Shown here: positions 41,291 to 51,674 of the stretch, in pieces
How the letters are laid out: the number at the start of each line of letters is the position of its first letter
Numbering within the stretch: the stretch's first letter is position 1
NCBI GenBank assembly: GCA_964549615.1
Contig: CAZJVP010000048.1
Coordinates: 1 to 64,000 of the forward strand
From: an uncultured Thermococci archaeon
GTDB lineage: Archaea; CAYQAE01; CAYVLA01
DNA: 64,000 nt
Direction of reading: 5' to 3'
Position numbers and translations under genes: made by a program
Notes under the pieces: model-generated
Databases searched by the model: none
Told to the model about the DNA's origin: nothing
Seen by the model: the letters and a program-made list of their open reading frames with translations, nothing else

Positions 41291-42055
41291 TTACACCGCG
41301 TAGCCGCCGTCCAGCACCCTTATTTCGTAGAGGATGGCCCTGAAGAGCCAAAGCCCAAAGGCGCAGGAAACCACTAGGGGAAGGAGGGCGAGAGGGCCGG
41401 GCAGGTGCTCGCTCCCGAGGGCCGCGAAGAGGAATATGGCAAAGTTGTACAGGGCATGGTACGTGACGGCCATGGCGTACCGGGTTATCCAGAAGCCCCC
41501 CAGTAACTTCTGGGTGGATATGCCGGATCCCGAGATCGCGCCCGTGGCGCCGTGAAGCGAGGCTGAGCCAAGCGACCTTACGACGATCAGCACTGCGATC
41601 GACGCCAAGCCCGCAGCCTGACCCAGGGCGAGGCTTTCCTGTTTCCAGGAAACGAAGAAGTACATGACGTTCTCAGTCGCAGCGAAACCGAAGCCTGCCG
41701 CCGCCCCGTACACAAGGCCGTCCTCGATCTCGTCGAAAAAGGGCTTGTTGCGCAACAGAAGGACGGGGAGGGCTTTGGTGAACTCCTCGAAGATGGGGGC
41801 CAGGACGACGATGCCAAGAAGCAGGGTGCTCCTCTGGGCGGCATTGGTCGCCGTCGCGTAGATATCCACGACCACCTGCCCGGCCATCTCGAGGACCAAG
41901 GCCAAGCCCGTCGAGACGACGGCACCGAGAGCGAAAACCTCTAGGACTCTGCCGAAGGGTTCCCTTCGCGTCAGCTCTGAGCGCCTCACCCACAGAACGT
42001 AGAAAATGCATGGAACGAAGCCCATAGCGATGAGGGCCAGCTCCTCTTGGATCAC
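41291..42055 (-). CDS. prsW: PrsW family intramembrane protease
   Basis: RREP, APIFEEFTK, DGLVYGAAAGFGFAATEN, SLHG, YHALYN; start refined to GTG 42055. Confidence 0.9.
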   Translation of the reverse strand: MIQEELALIAMGFVPCIFYVLWVRRSELTRREPFGRVLEVFALGAVVSTGLALVLEMAGQVVVDIYATATNAAQRSTLLLGIVVLAPIFEEFTKALPVLLLRNKPFFDEIEDGLVYGAAAGFGFAATENVMYFFVSWKQESLALGQAAGLASIAVLIVVRSLGSASLHGATGAISGSGISTQKLLGGFWITRYAMAVTYHALYNFAIFLFAALGSEHLPGPLALLPLVVSCAFGLWLFRAILYEIRVLDGGYAV

Positions 42056-42156
42056 ACCCCGCGCCACAGGTTGGAGGATAAATATCTTCCGACCGAGAGA
42101 CCGGAAGGAGGAGCAACTCGGGAGTGTGAAACTTATCACTGCAACAGGACGGACTG

Positions 42157-45100
42157 GTGAGCATGGATCTGCCGACGGAGCTCGAACAACTGCATGAAAT
42201 GCTCGAAAGGAGTCTGCTAGCACGCTTGGAGTGGAAATGCATTGGGCTGGACGTGCCCGGCGCCCACAGGGTCGTCTTCGACGACTCCGGTTGGTCGGGC
42301 CAGGGAGCGCTGGCTGGGCGGCTGTGGAACGTCGGGTGGTTCAGGACCCAATTCACCATCCCGGAACTCCTAGACGGCTGTGCCTTGGAGGTTTCACCGA
42401 TCATGGGGGGAAGGAGTCGGGTCTTCGTCAACGGCAGGCTGATCGGGAGTTGCGGTGCCGGCGGCTCGGTGCCGACCCCGAAGGTCAGGGGCGGGAGTGT
42501 CCTCACCCTGGCAATAAGGAACGAGAATGGCTGGATAAGCTATGAAAACCCGTGCCCTGCCACCATCAGGTGTGAGCGTCAGGCAATATTGCTTGGCATC
42601 TTCGAGGAACTCTTCTTCCTCCGGAGACTAGAGCAGGCCGGCGGCCGGGAGAGTTCTGAGATCAGCAGGTGCCTTGAGTCATTCTTGGAAGCGGTTGATC
42701 GGGAGGCGCTTGCCCACGGCCAGATCGATTGTTTCGTCCAGTCCCTCGCCAAGGCACGGGACGCGCTCCTGCCAGCTGCCAATCTATTGAAGCGCTATAC
42801 AATCTACGTCGTGCCACATTCCCATGTTGACCTAGCGTGGGGATGGACCTACGAGGAGACGAAGAGGATAATGAGGACGATCTTTGACCGGGCAACCGAG
42901 CTTCTGGATGATGACCCCAACTATACCTTCGCCCAGGACCAACCGCCGGCTTACAACCACCTAGAGGGAACGGGGCTCATGGAAAAGGTCGCCCGTTACG
43001 TCGGCGAGGGCAGGCTGGACCCCTGCGGGGCGATGTACTCGGAGCCCGAGGGCAACATGCCGTGCGGGGAATCCTTCGTCCGCCAGGTAATGCTCACCAA
43101 GAGATACTTTCAGGATAGGTTCGGCGCCGACCCGAAGGGGTGCTGGAATCTGGACTCCTTCAGCGGCCATTGCTGGAGCCTCCCCCAGATCCTGACGAAA
43201 TCCGGGGTGCGCTACTACACCTTCGCAAACTGGGGGAACCTCATCCCGGACGTGGAGTTCTGGTGGGAGGGGCCGGACGGATCGCGAGTTCTCGCCTACC
43301 ATCTTCCTTGCCACTACGATAGTGCACAGATGATGGAGCACAACAAGATACTCCAAAACTTCTTTGGCTATGCTTCCAGATCCAAATTCAAGCGCTTCAT
43401 GTTCCTCGACGGCGATGACCTAACTCCGCCCGTGCGCGACAGCATCGAGGGCGTCAAGTGGTTCAGCCAGTTGGCGGTCGGCCCAACGGTGAAGTTCTCC
43501 ACGCCGGCGAAGTTCTTTGAGGATCTGGAGAAGGACGACCTTTCAGCGATCCCCACCTACCGGGGGGAACTCGCCCAGCACCTCGATCCTAACGGCAGCA
43601 ACAACGCCGGGTCGTACACCACGCATTGCGAAGTCAAGAGAAGGAACAGGCTCTGTGAGAATCTCCTCCTGACGGCGGAGAAGTTCGGCTCCATCGCGAT
43701 GCTTCTTGGAATGGAGTTCCCGAGGGCGCTCATGCAACGGGGATGGGAGGCCGTGCTCCTCAACCAGATGCACGACATCCTGCCCGGTACCGCGATCAAG
43801 GAAGCCTATGAGGAGGCTCATCGCCGATACGATGAAGCGGAAGCGATCGCGAAGGAGACGATCGCGCTCTCCCTTGGACGGATCTCCGCAAGGATCGATA
43901 CCCGCGGCAAGGGGACGCCGATCGTAGTCTTCAATTCCCTCAGCTGGGAGAGAACCGATGTCGTTGAGGTGAAGGTCACCCTCGATCACACCTACAAGGC
44001 TTGGCCTAGGATCACCGGGCCCGACGGAGAAGAGGCCGAGTGCCAGGTGCTGCACGACAGCCGGGGAACGTTCGACAAGACCAATAGAAGCATGACCATC
44101 CTCTTCGTCGCAAGAAAGGTGCCGGCCCTGGGCTACAAGCTCTACCGCCTCACCCTAGACGGCAGGCGCCCACGGTCCGCGGGGAGGGTCTCCAAGGTGA
44201 GCCAGTTCACCCTGCAGAACGAGTATCTGGAAGCCGTGATCGATGCTCAAACCGGCCTCGTCCGATCGCTGAAGCGGGGAGGGCGGGAGTTCATTTCGGG
44301 ACCCGAGGGCTTCCTGTTGGTAAGGTACCTAGATAGCGGCGACCCCTGGCACATCAGGCTCGTCGGGGATGCCTCCAAGCTCATACGCGCCCAGTCGGTG
44401 GAACTTGTGGAGGCCGGCCCTGTCCGCACCACGGTGAGGATCTGCAGGAAGGATGGGAACACCCAGATCGTTCAGGAGGTGTCGTTGTGCAAGTCCGTGC
44501 CAAGGCTTACTTGCCGGACGACCTTGGACTGCGGCGACCTTTACGTCCTGTTCAAGGCCTCGGTTCCGGTCAATGTCGGTCCGGCCAAGGCCACCTTTGA
44601 GATACCTTTCAGCACGATCTCCAGAGAGGCCGCGGGCATCGACAGGCCGGCGCAGAACTGGGTTGATTTGTCCGACGGGGAGCGCGGCCTCGCCGTCCTG
44701 AACGATGGCAGGTACGGCTACGACATAGATGGCGGAAGAAGGATCAGGTTAACGTTGCTGAGGAACCCTAAGGGACATCGCTCCAACGAGGGAACGGACT
44801 CCGGCCCCCACTCAACCTCGCTGGGTCTCTTCCCGCATGAAGGTGACTGGACATCCGGGGTAGTCCGCCAGGGCCTGGAGTTCAACAACCCCCTGCTCTG
44901 CCACGTGGACAGCCCGCACGAAGGCGACCTTCCCACCGCTTTGTCGTTTCTCTCCCTCTCGGCCCCCAATGTGGTGGTGTCCTGCCTTAAGCCCCACGAG
45001 GACTCCAAAGACCTTGTCCTGCGCATCTATGAGGCCCACGGATCCCGTGTCGACGATGCCGGGATACGGGGCAGGATCGGGTTCGAGGGACTGGAGGAGA

Positions 45101-45213
45101 TCGACATGACGGAGAGGGAAACGGTGGGGACGCTTGCTGGGAAGGCACCCGTTGTGCTCTCCCCTTATGAGATCAAGACCTTGAGGATGAAGGCGCCGCG
45201 GATTCGATTTTGA
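42157..45213 (+). CDS. GH38 alpha-mannosidase
   Basis: HSHVDLAWGW, GESFVRQ, DSFSGH, NQMHDILPGT, FNSLSWER, LSPYEIKT. Confidence 0.93.
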   Translation: MSMDLPTELEQLHEMLERSLLARLEWKCIGLDVPGAHRVVFDDSGWSGQGALAGRLWNVGWFRTQFTIPELLDGCALEVSPIMGGRSRVFVNGRLIGSCGAGGSVPTPKVRGGSVLTLAIRNENGWISYENPCPATIRCERQAILLGIFEELFFLRRLEQAGGRESSEISRCLESFLEAVDREALAHGQIDCFVQSLAKARDALLPAANLLKRYTIYVVPHSHVDLAWGWTYEETKRIMRTIFDRATELLDDDPNYTFAQDQPPAYNHLEGTGLMEKVARYVGEGRLDPCGAMYSEPEGNMPCGESFVRQVMLTKRYFQDRFGADPKGCWNLDSFSGHCWSLPQILTKSGVRYYTFANWGNLIPDVEFWWEGPDGSRVLAYHLPCHYDSAQMMEHNKILQNFFGYASRSKFKRFMFLDGDDLTPPVRDSIEGVKWFSQLAVGPTVKFSTPAKFFEDLEKDDLSAIPTYRGELAQHLDPNGSNNAGSYTTHCEVKRRNRLCENLLLTAEKFGSIAMLLGMEFPRALMQRGWEAVLLNQMHDILPGTAIKEAYEEAHRRYDEAEAIAKETIALSLGRISARIDTRGKGTPIVVFNSLSWERTDVVEVKVTLDHTYKAWPRITGPDGEEAECQVLHDSRGTFDKTNRSMTILFVARKVPALGYKLYRLTLDGRRPRSAGRVSKVSQFTLQNEYLEAVIDAQTGLVRSLKRGGREFISGPEGFLLVRYLDSGDPWHIRLVGDASKLIRAQSVELVEAGPVRTTVRICRKDGNTQIVQEVSLCKSVPRLTCRTTLDCGDLYVLFKASVPVNVGPAKATFEIPFSTISREAAGIDRPAQNWVDLSDGERGLAVLNDGRYGYDIDGGRRIRLTLLRNPKGHRSNEGTDSGPHSTSLGLFPHEGDWTSGVVRQGLEFNNPLLCHVDSPHEGDLPTALSFLSLSAPNVVVSCLKPHEDSKDLVLRIYEAHGSRVDDAGIRGRIGFEGLEEIDMTERETVGTLAGKAPVVLSPYEIKTLRMKAPRIRF

Positions 45214-45644
45214 AGAAGATGCACGTATCCGGGACGATACGCTGGCCGGTCAGACTTCCTGCTCGACGAGCCATAGTTTCCGAGCTGCATCCAAGCATGG
45301 AGGTTCGGGTCAACTTCCTCGGGCTCCTTCCTCTGTAGATCCGAAGGAGACTCATCCGGTGGCCGGAACCTCTTCTCCGAGGTCCTCTTCCCCGATCTGG
45401 CTCATCTAGCGGAGAGAAGCGACAGGGAAAAGCCCAAGAGTGAAACCGGCCTGGGCTAGGCATCCCCAGCGCAGAGCACCCATGTCCCATCGGCCATCTG
45501 GCTCCCCTTGAATCCGCTCGCTAGGTTCGTCGTGGGGAGATGGCGATACGATGATAACGGGGCCGCCTGCTTCCTAGAAGATGGCGGGTTCCGTCGAGAC
45601 CTTAAATAGCGCCTTCGCCCTGGCGGAGTGACAAGGGTGTCCGC

Positions 45645-46148
45645 ATGATGATACGGTTCTACAGGAAGGGCGATTCGGAATCGATGCAAAGGATAGCGCC
45701 TCGCGCGTTCATGGGGTTGGGACTTGCCCGCTATGCCATCGACAAGGACCTTGACCGCAAACGGGTGGCCGAGTACTACGCCCGGGAGGCCTCCGGCTAC
45801 GCCGAAAGGGCGGAAAGGCGGGAGAGAACATTGCGGGTGATCGTCGCAGAGGACTCCGGCAACGTGGTCGCATACATCGTGGTCGCCATCGATGAAGCCA
45901 ACTCGGAGCAGTTCGGGCTCAGATGGGGCCGGATAGTGTCCCTCGCAGTCGACCCGGACCACCAGGGAAGGGGCATAGGCAAGATGCTCGTCGCCCGGGC
46001 TCTCGACTGGCTTCGCTCAATGGGCGCCGCCTACGTCGAGGTCCTCACCGACCAGAACAACGTCGCAGCCCAACGAGCATACGAGGCAAACGGATTCCGC
46101 GCCGTCTACGCGAGCATAACGTTCTCGAGGCGCATTGCGCCTACCTAG
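45645..46148 (+). CDS. GNAT family acetyltransferase
   Basis: LAVDPDHQGRGIG motif A, NVAAQRAYEANGF. Confidence 0.9.
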   Translation: MMIRFYRKGDSESMQRIAPRAFMGLGLARYAIDKDLDRKRVAEYYAREASGYAERAERRERTLRVIVAEDSGNVVAYIVVAIDEANSEQFGLRWGRIVSLAVDPDHQGRGIGKMLVARALDWLRSMGAAYVEVLTDQNNVAAQRAYEANGFRAVYASITFSRRIAPT

Positions 46149-47226
46149 TTACCTCAGCGCTCCTGACCAACTCGTAGAGACGGTTCGCGTTCCTGTTCCT
46201 CTCGAAATGCTCCCTGATGGGCGCGACGAGCTGATCGAGCGCCTCAGCGACGGCGTTCTTCAGGTCGAGAGGATGTATTTCCCCCGCCGCGTACAGGCGC
46301 TCCAACTCCTGGTAGCTTTCAACTTCCAGATTCCCCCCGTATTTGGCAGGCCTTTCCACGCGTAAGGATCTCAGCTTCCTGAAAACTATGTATTTCGAGT
46401 ACTCAAGCATGGGGTTGTTTTGCACCTCCTTGGGCGGGCAATAGGCCGCCCTGACTTTTCTCCTGATGGCCTCGGGGCTGTCGTGGACGTAGATGCAGCT
46501 CTCAGGCAGGGACTTGCTCATCTTGGAGGTTATCGCCGCGTCCATTCCCGCCTCCGTCTCGAAGCCCTCGCCCTTCCTCAATCCCTGGAGGCCCATCAGT
46601 ATGTGGTGGTGGACCGCCACCGGCTTCCAAAGCCCGATCTTGGGACCGATCTCCCTTGCGAGGATGTTGGCCCTTCTCTGGTCAACGCCGAGCTGGCATA
46701 TGTCGCACTTGAGTTGGAAGATGTCGGAGACCTGCATGGCAGGGTAGAAGAACTGCGCCACGTCCTGGAGCTCGCCCTGCTTTCGTCCCATGATCGTCAA
46801 GCAGCGCTGCATCCTGCTGAGCGTGGTGTTCTTTGCAATGAGGATGACCCGTTTCCAGTACTCGCTGTCCATGTTCTCACTGGCCCAGAGGACCTCGACC
46901 CTGTTGGTGTCGACGCCAGCCGCCTTCCAGACCTCGATGAAATACTCGCCCACCTTCCGGATCTTGTCGAGATCCCCTCCCATCTTGTTGTTGATCCACG
47001 CGTACCAGTCGGCGAGCCAGAGCTTGAACCTGATCCCAGCATCCAAGAGATCCTGAAGGTTTATCGCCCTGTAGAGGGCGAAGTGTATGGGGGCAAGCCC
47101 CGAGGGCTCGAACCCATCATAGGCTATGGGATGATCCTTGCTCTCAAGAAGCTGCCTGAGCTCCTCCTCCGTTATGATTTCCTCGCCCACCCTTCTGATG
47201 AGCTCAAGCTTCGTCTCGACGTCCAT
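46141..47226 (-). CDS. tyrS: Tyrosine--tRNA ligase (archaeal type)
   Basis: AYDGFEPSG, YPAMQVSD, GVDQR, KMSKS, IHPLDLK. Confidence 0.96.
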   Translation of the reverse strand: MDVETKLELIRRVGEEIITEEELRQLLESKDHPIAYDGFEPSGLAPIHFALYRAINLQDLLDAGIRFKLWLADWYAWINNKMGGDLDKIRKVGEYFIEVWKAAGVDTNRVEVLWASENMDSEYWKRVILIAKNTTLSRMQRCLTIMGRKQGELQDVAQFFYPAMQVSDIFQLKCDICQLGVDQRRANILAREIGPKIGLWKPVAVHHHILMGLQGLRKGEGFETEAGMDAAITSKMSKSLPESCIYVHDSPEAIRRKVRAAYCPPKEVQNNPMLEYSKYIVFRKLRSLRVERPAKYGGNLEVESYQELERLYAAGEIHPLDLKNAVAEALDQLVAPIREHFERNRNANRLYELVRSAEVTR

Positions 47227-47280
47227 GTTACATGCAGCCTCCGCCGCTGTGATTAGTGTTTCCCAGGGCGGGCCTCGGAC

Positions 47281-48108
47281 CTAGCTCGACTTAGCGCCGA
47301 TCCAGTTGATGGCCATGGGGCCAGCGCCGAACCCGGTCTCCGTGGTTACGAACTGGATGATCCCAGCATGGCCAAACATGTACAGCGTGTCGAGGGTTAC
47401 CTCCAGATGCACCCTCTCCCCCGCCGAGAGGTCATGGAAATGAAGCATGCCAAACGGGGCCTCGGCGATGCTGGCGCACGGCTCCTCGCCCGGGGCGGAC
47501 TTGGACTTGAAGCAGATCGATTCCCTGGGGGATGTGTACCTGATGCTGCTGATGACAGTGTTCCGCGAGAAGAAGAAATCCCTGTACCCGCAGAATGTGC
47601 TAACCCTGCCTCCCTCGCCGACGAGGAGTGCGTAGACCGTGTAGACCGACCCAAGGATCTCCTCTCCTGCTAGGGCGGCCATAGCGTCGGTGAAGTCGAA
47701 GAGGTACATCTTCCCGCCGAGTTCCAGCTCAAAGACTTGGTATGTCGGCTGTCCACCCAACTGGGCCTGCATGGAGTCGAGGAAGGCCTTTGTCTCCCTA
47801 AACCTAGGCACGTTCGCGATCATGTCCTCAAGACTGCGCCCCGTCGTCTCATTCCACGGCTTGACCAGCGGCACGGAGAGGTTCACTAGGAAATGAAACC
47901 GAACTACTAGGTCCGGAAGGTCGCGGACCGCCATCAAGTCTATGGAGTAGCTAGGCGACCCGGGCACGCCGCCGGGGATGTCGCTAGGCGTGCGCTGGGC
48001 GAGGACCCTGACGACCTCCTTCTCACGGATGCCGAAAGTCAAGAAGGAGACAAGCGTCGTGATGACGAGTATGATTGCAAGGAAGCCCGCCAGGCGCCGG
48101 TCAACCAC
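47281..48108 (-). CDS. Family B N-terminally anchored protein, partner of family A copy 3
   Basis: Overlaps the stop of 48101-49324; homologous to 54293-55072 (DR.L.G.LA, R[DN]L.D..VR, [FY]DF, G.RV). Confidence 0.75.
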   Translation of the reverse strand: MVDRRLAGFLAIILVITTLVSFLTFGIREKEVVRVLAQRTPSDIPGGVPGSPSYSIDLMAVRDLPDLVVRFHFLVNLSVPLVKPWNETTGRSLEDMIANVPRFRETKAFLDSMQAQLGGQPTYQVFELELGGKMYLFDFTDAMAALAGEEILGSVYTVYALLVGEGGRVSTFCGYRDFFFSRNTVISSIRYTSPRESICFKSKSAPGEEPCASIAEAPFGMLHFHDLSAGERVHLEVTLDTLYMFGHAGIIQFVTTETGFGAGPMAINWIGAKSS

Positions 48109-49324
48109 TTAAACCGCCTCCCCTCGTCACCTTGACCTCCCTGTAGAGCCTCCTCTTCACCATCAGCGTCCAGACCACGAATCCGCATATGAGCCCAGTC
48201 GCGCTGACGACGAGCCATTCCGTGATGAAGATCCAGAACAGGGCCAGATCCCTTGCCTCGAGGGCTAGGTCATAGGCCTCCTGAAGCATCCCGAAGACCT
48301 CATCTGCGATCTGCTTGCTCTCCACAAGTTCCAGGTCGACGAAATGCTTCTTGGCTTCCTTCAGCCGCGCGTCGGCTTCCGAGAGCTTCCTGTCGACCTT
48401 CCTCGTGTCGGCGCCGAACTTGCTGATGAAGTCGATCGTCCCGGTGATCACCTGGGTCTCGTCGTAGACGTCCTTGAAGCGCTGGCGGGTGGCGTGAAGG
48501 AGGTTGATGTCGGAAGGGGGCGTAAGCCCCGCTAGGAAATACACCATATTGCACACGAAGTCAGGATAGTGTTTCCAACGGATGAATCCCCGGCCAGCGG
48601 ATCCCCCCCGGAAGCCGGGCGCTGATGCAAAGAACCGGCCCTTGCCCACGTCCCACCAGACCCACCCAGGGTCCCTGAGGCCCACGCCGGTGCCACCCAG
48701 GCGGATCACCTGCGAGAGCTCGTGCGCACCCTCCTTCAGTTCGACGACGTTGTACCCGCCGAAGACGTTGTGCTGCTCATACTCGTCCCAAGGCACGCTG
48801 CGTATGAAAGCATCATCTGGAGCCGTGACGACGGTCTTCCCGTCGGGGCCGTATGTGCTTGTGCACTTGACCGGCATCACCTCGCTGAGAACCGTTGCAT
48901 CCCACGAGGGGAAGCCGGCACCGCCCCCGAACGACTCAAATCCGCCAGCCATGAACAAGCCAAGCGCGCTGTCCCTGCAGGCGTCGGCCATCCACTGGAT
49001 GGTGTTTGGAGGAAAGGCGTACCACGTCGTATCATCCAAGCCGATGATGTCGCAGCTAGCCACCATGCTGGCCTTGGTCCTGGGCATGTAAAGGCGCATG
49101 GCCCTCTGAACCAGGGTACTTGGAAGGCCGTACATGTTCCCGGCGATGGGCGTCGCGGAGATCAGGGGGTCGAATTTGTAAACCTGGTAAGGGCATGCCG
49201 CAAACGGCTGCCCGATGTAGATGACCCGGATGACGCCGGTTTCTGGATCGCGCTTCAACTCCTTGCCTGCTGCCGTCGCAAGGAGGAGGATAGCACATAT
49301 GCCCAGAACGGCCCCCGGCCGCAT
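48101..49324 (-). CDS. Family A membrane protein, copy 3 (clearest DUF1355/GATase1-like motif)
   Basis: GLFMAGGFESFGG...W..TVLSEVMPV; RLYMPRT; ALFWIFITEWLVVSAT...WTLMVKRRLYREV. Confidence 0.8.
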   Translation of the reverse strand: MRPGAVLGICAILLLATAAGKELKRDPETGVIRVIYIGQPFAACPYQVYKFDPLISATPIAGNMYGLPSTLVQRAMRLYMPRTKASMVASCDIIGLDDTTWYAFPPNTIQWMADACRDSALGLFMAGGFESFGGGAGFPSWDATVLSEVMPVKCTSTYGPDGKTVVTAPDDAFIRSVPWDEYEQHNVFGGYNVVELKEGAHELSQVIRLGGTGVGLRDPGWVWWDVGKGRFFASAPGFRGGSAGRGFIRWKHYPDFVCNMVYFLAGLTPPSDINLLHATRQRFKDVYDETQVITGTIDFISKFGADTRKVDRKLSEADARLKEAKKHFVDLELVESKQIADEVFGMLQEAYDLALEARDLALFWIFITEWLVVSATGLICGFVVWTLMVKRRLYREVKVTRGGGLSG

Positions 49325-49472
49325 TGGTCCGAAAACACGCCGATTTGTCGATTTAAATATTCCGGCAATGATATGATGACTGGAAGCGAAGGACAGCCGG
49401 TCTGCCCGGTGCTGCCGCGGCCGTTGAACGGCTAGGCACCCCCCGGGCTTGTTCCTCGGCAGAGGCCCATCC

Positions 49473-49829
49473 TCACTGGATCAGCTCCGCAAACAGCGCC
49501 CTAACCAGCCCCTTTTCCGATCTTCCCGCGCGAAGGGCGCGAAGCACTGAGTTCGCAAGATCGTCCAGCGACACCCTGGTTACCACCTCGTAGTAGAGAG
49601 GATCGATCTTGACCCTTGTAACGATTCTGCAAGGGACCGGTACGACGGTGTACGCATCAACGCCATAGCTGGAGGGGACGTCCGGAATCCGGCGCATCAA
49701 CAGCCTCCCGGCCTCCTTCGAGAGCGACGCCGCTATGTCGTCGCGGATCAGAAGGTTGTGGCGAAGCCCGGCGACGAACTCCCGGATCCGCAACTCACGG
49801 TCAATGAGGATGTCCATGACATCGCCCAT
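49473..49829 (-). CDS. Hypothetical protein
   Basis: ATG 49829 preceded by AGGAGG; 118 aa. Confidence 0.55.
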   Translation of the reverse strand: MGDVMDILIDRELRIREFVAGLRHNLLIRDDIAASLSKEAGRLLMRRIPDVPSSYGVDAYTVVPVPCRIVTRVKIDPLYYEVVTRVSLDDLANSVLRALRAGRSEKGLVRALFAELIQ

Positions 49830-50261
49830 CCTCCTTTCCCTCCGGTCAAGGACCCATCCTGGGCTCTTTGATTCGAAACCGTCCTGGGGCGGCATTGTGG
49901 TAGCGTTCGGCACCACGAATGAGTCTCCCCTGAGCTGGGCGAGCCTAGCATCCAGGTACACGGTTCTTGATCGGAGGAGTGATCTCTGACGGGCTCGAAA
50001 GCACCATGCCCTCAGGCTAGATCCTGAGAATATCACGTCCCCTATCCTCGCCTTGCCGTGCCTGCGCGCCGACAGCAGGCTTCTGACCGAGATCAGATCG
50101 GAAGGATGTTCGGACGACGTCCGGCCCCGCTCCGACGAATCGTTTTGGCAACAGCCGGATAACGGTTTCGGTCCTTGGAGCTGCTGCGGAGGCTGGGAAT
50201 CTACGCCGTCAGGGGTGGAAAATTATATCAGAAGGACGCCAGATCGAGCGGGCAGGTCCAA

Positions 50262-50507
50262 ATGGCCGATGACCAACAGACCTGCCCGAAGTGCGGCGTC
50301 CCGATGCCCGTGGCAGACCAGATGATGCTCGTCGAGCCCAAGCACATCAGGATCGTCCTTCTATACCGGTGTCCGGAGTGCGGGACGACCGTGGACTGGA
50401 AGGCACGGGTCGAAAAAGGAAAGATGCCGTGGGTGAGGAAGACCGTCTACCGTGGTGAGTCGCTAGGCTTCGCGTTTCCCAAGAAAACGGCCAAACCAGA
50501 GGCTTGA
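50262..50507 (+). CDS. Small zinc-ribbon protein
   Basis: CPKCG...RCPECG; TATA-like AATTATAT near 50221. Confidence 0.7.
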   Translation: MADDQQTCPKCGVPMPVADQMMLVEPKHIRIVLLYRCPECGTTVDWKARVEKGKMPWVRKTVYRGESLGFAFPKKTAKPEA

Positions 50508-50642
50508 GGAATCAGGCCCAGCCTGAGCAAAGTCCGCGTCAGCCGCATCCGCCCTGTCTTCGCTTGACCCGCGATGTCCTTGCCTTGGAGGCCAATCACG
50601 CTCGTTTCCATTTTTCAAAGCCTCTGATGTCGCGATGGCTCG

Positions 50643-51674
50643 ATGCGACCGGCCATTCAGCCGAGCATATGCCATGTCCGACCGGGCTCGCGCCAGCAAT
50701 TCATCGTCAGCGGCCTCGAATCCCTTGGTCCCACCTGGCTTGTCGACGGGATAGCTGGAGGAAATCGTCGGGTCGGCACCATCACCCCCGAGGGATTGTA
50801 CTCCTCTCCGTCAACCCCACCAAGGGGCGAGATCGTAATCGAGGCACGCCTCGACCGAGGAAGCACGAAGGCGGCCTGGGCCACAGTGCTCTTCGATTCC
50901 CTGTCTCCGTTCTACCGCCATGCAGGCTTCTGGAAAGCAAGGATCGACGAGGAGCGATGCATCTCCTCGGCACACGGCATCTGCATGGACGGCGCCGACC
51001 GGATCCTGATAGTGGACACGAGCTTGTCCAGAATATTCCGCTTCACGTCCAAGGTCAAGTTCCTGGGAGAGATAGGGTCGGGAAAAGGCCCGGAACCCGG
51101 GCAGCTCGACGGGCCGCGGCACGCAAAGGTCAGCCCCTCCGGTGAGGTCTACGTGGCCGACGGCAACAACGGACGCGTCCAAGTTTTCGACCGGGATGGG
51201 CAGTTCCTACGTTCATGGGCCAGGAAGGGAAAGGGGGAAGGCGAGCTGCTCCGTCCGCACGCCTTGGACCTCGCCCCCGACGGCTCCGTATTCGTCGTCG
51301 ATGTCGACAACAGCAAGGTCGTCGCATACGACCAAGAGGGCCGCCTGCTATGCAGCTGGGGACGGCACGGCACTGGTCCGGGCGACTTCTGGGCGCCGCA
51401 CAGCTTAGCGGTGGACCCGAACGGCGATGTATTCGTGGCGGAGTACTTCGGGCGTGTCCAGAAGTTTACCCCGCAGGGGCGGTGCATCGCACGCTTCGCC
51501 AACCCTTTTCGCGACGGCCAGCGCACCCACGGAGACTACAGGTACCATGCCATGAACTGCGATTCCCGGGGGAACGTGTATCTCATGGCTCGAGATAGCC
51601 TGGCGGGTATGGCGAAAAGCGTTGATAAGTACAACAACAGCGGGGATTTCGTCACGAGATTGAAGGCTCCTTAG
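50643..51674 (+). CDS. Ig-like plus NHL-repeat protein, apparently cut short by an in-frame TAG (frame continues to 51785)
   Basis: W.V.GIAGGN..VGTI...GLY Ig-like domain; five NHL blades before the TAG and a sixth-blade-like sequence after it. Confidence 0.85.
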   Translation: MRPAIQPSICHVRPGSRQQFIVSGLESLGPTWLVDGIAGGNRRVGTITPEGLYSSPSTPPRGEIVIEARLDRGSTKAAWATVLFDSLSPFYRHAGFWKARIDEERCISSAHGICMDGADRILIVDTSLSRIFRFTSKVKFLGEIGSGKGPEPGQLDGPRHAKVSPSGEVYVADGNNGRVQVFDRDGQFLRSWARKGKGEGELLRPHALDLAPDGSVFVVDVDNSKVVAYDQEGRLLCSWGRHGTGPGDFWAPHSLAVDPNGDVFVAEYFGRVQKFTPQGRCIARFANPFRDGQRTHGDYRYHAMNCDSRGNVYLMARDSLAGMAKSVDKYNNSGDFVTRLKAP

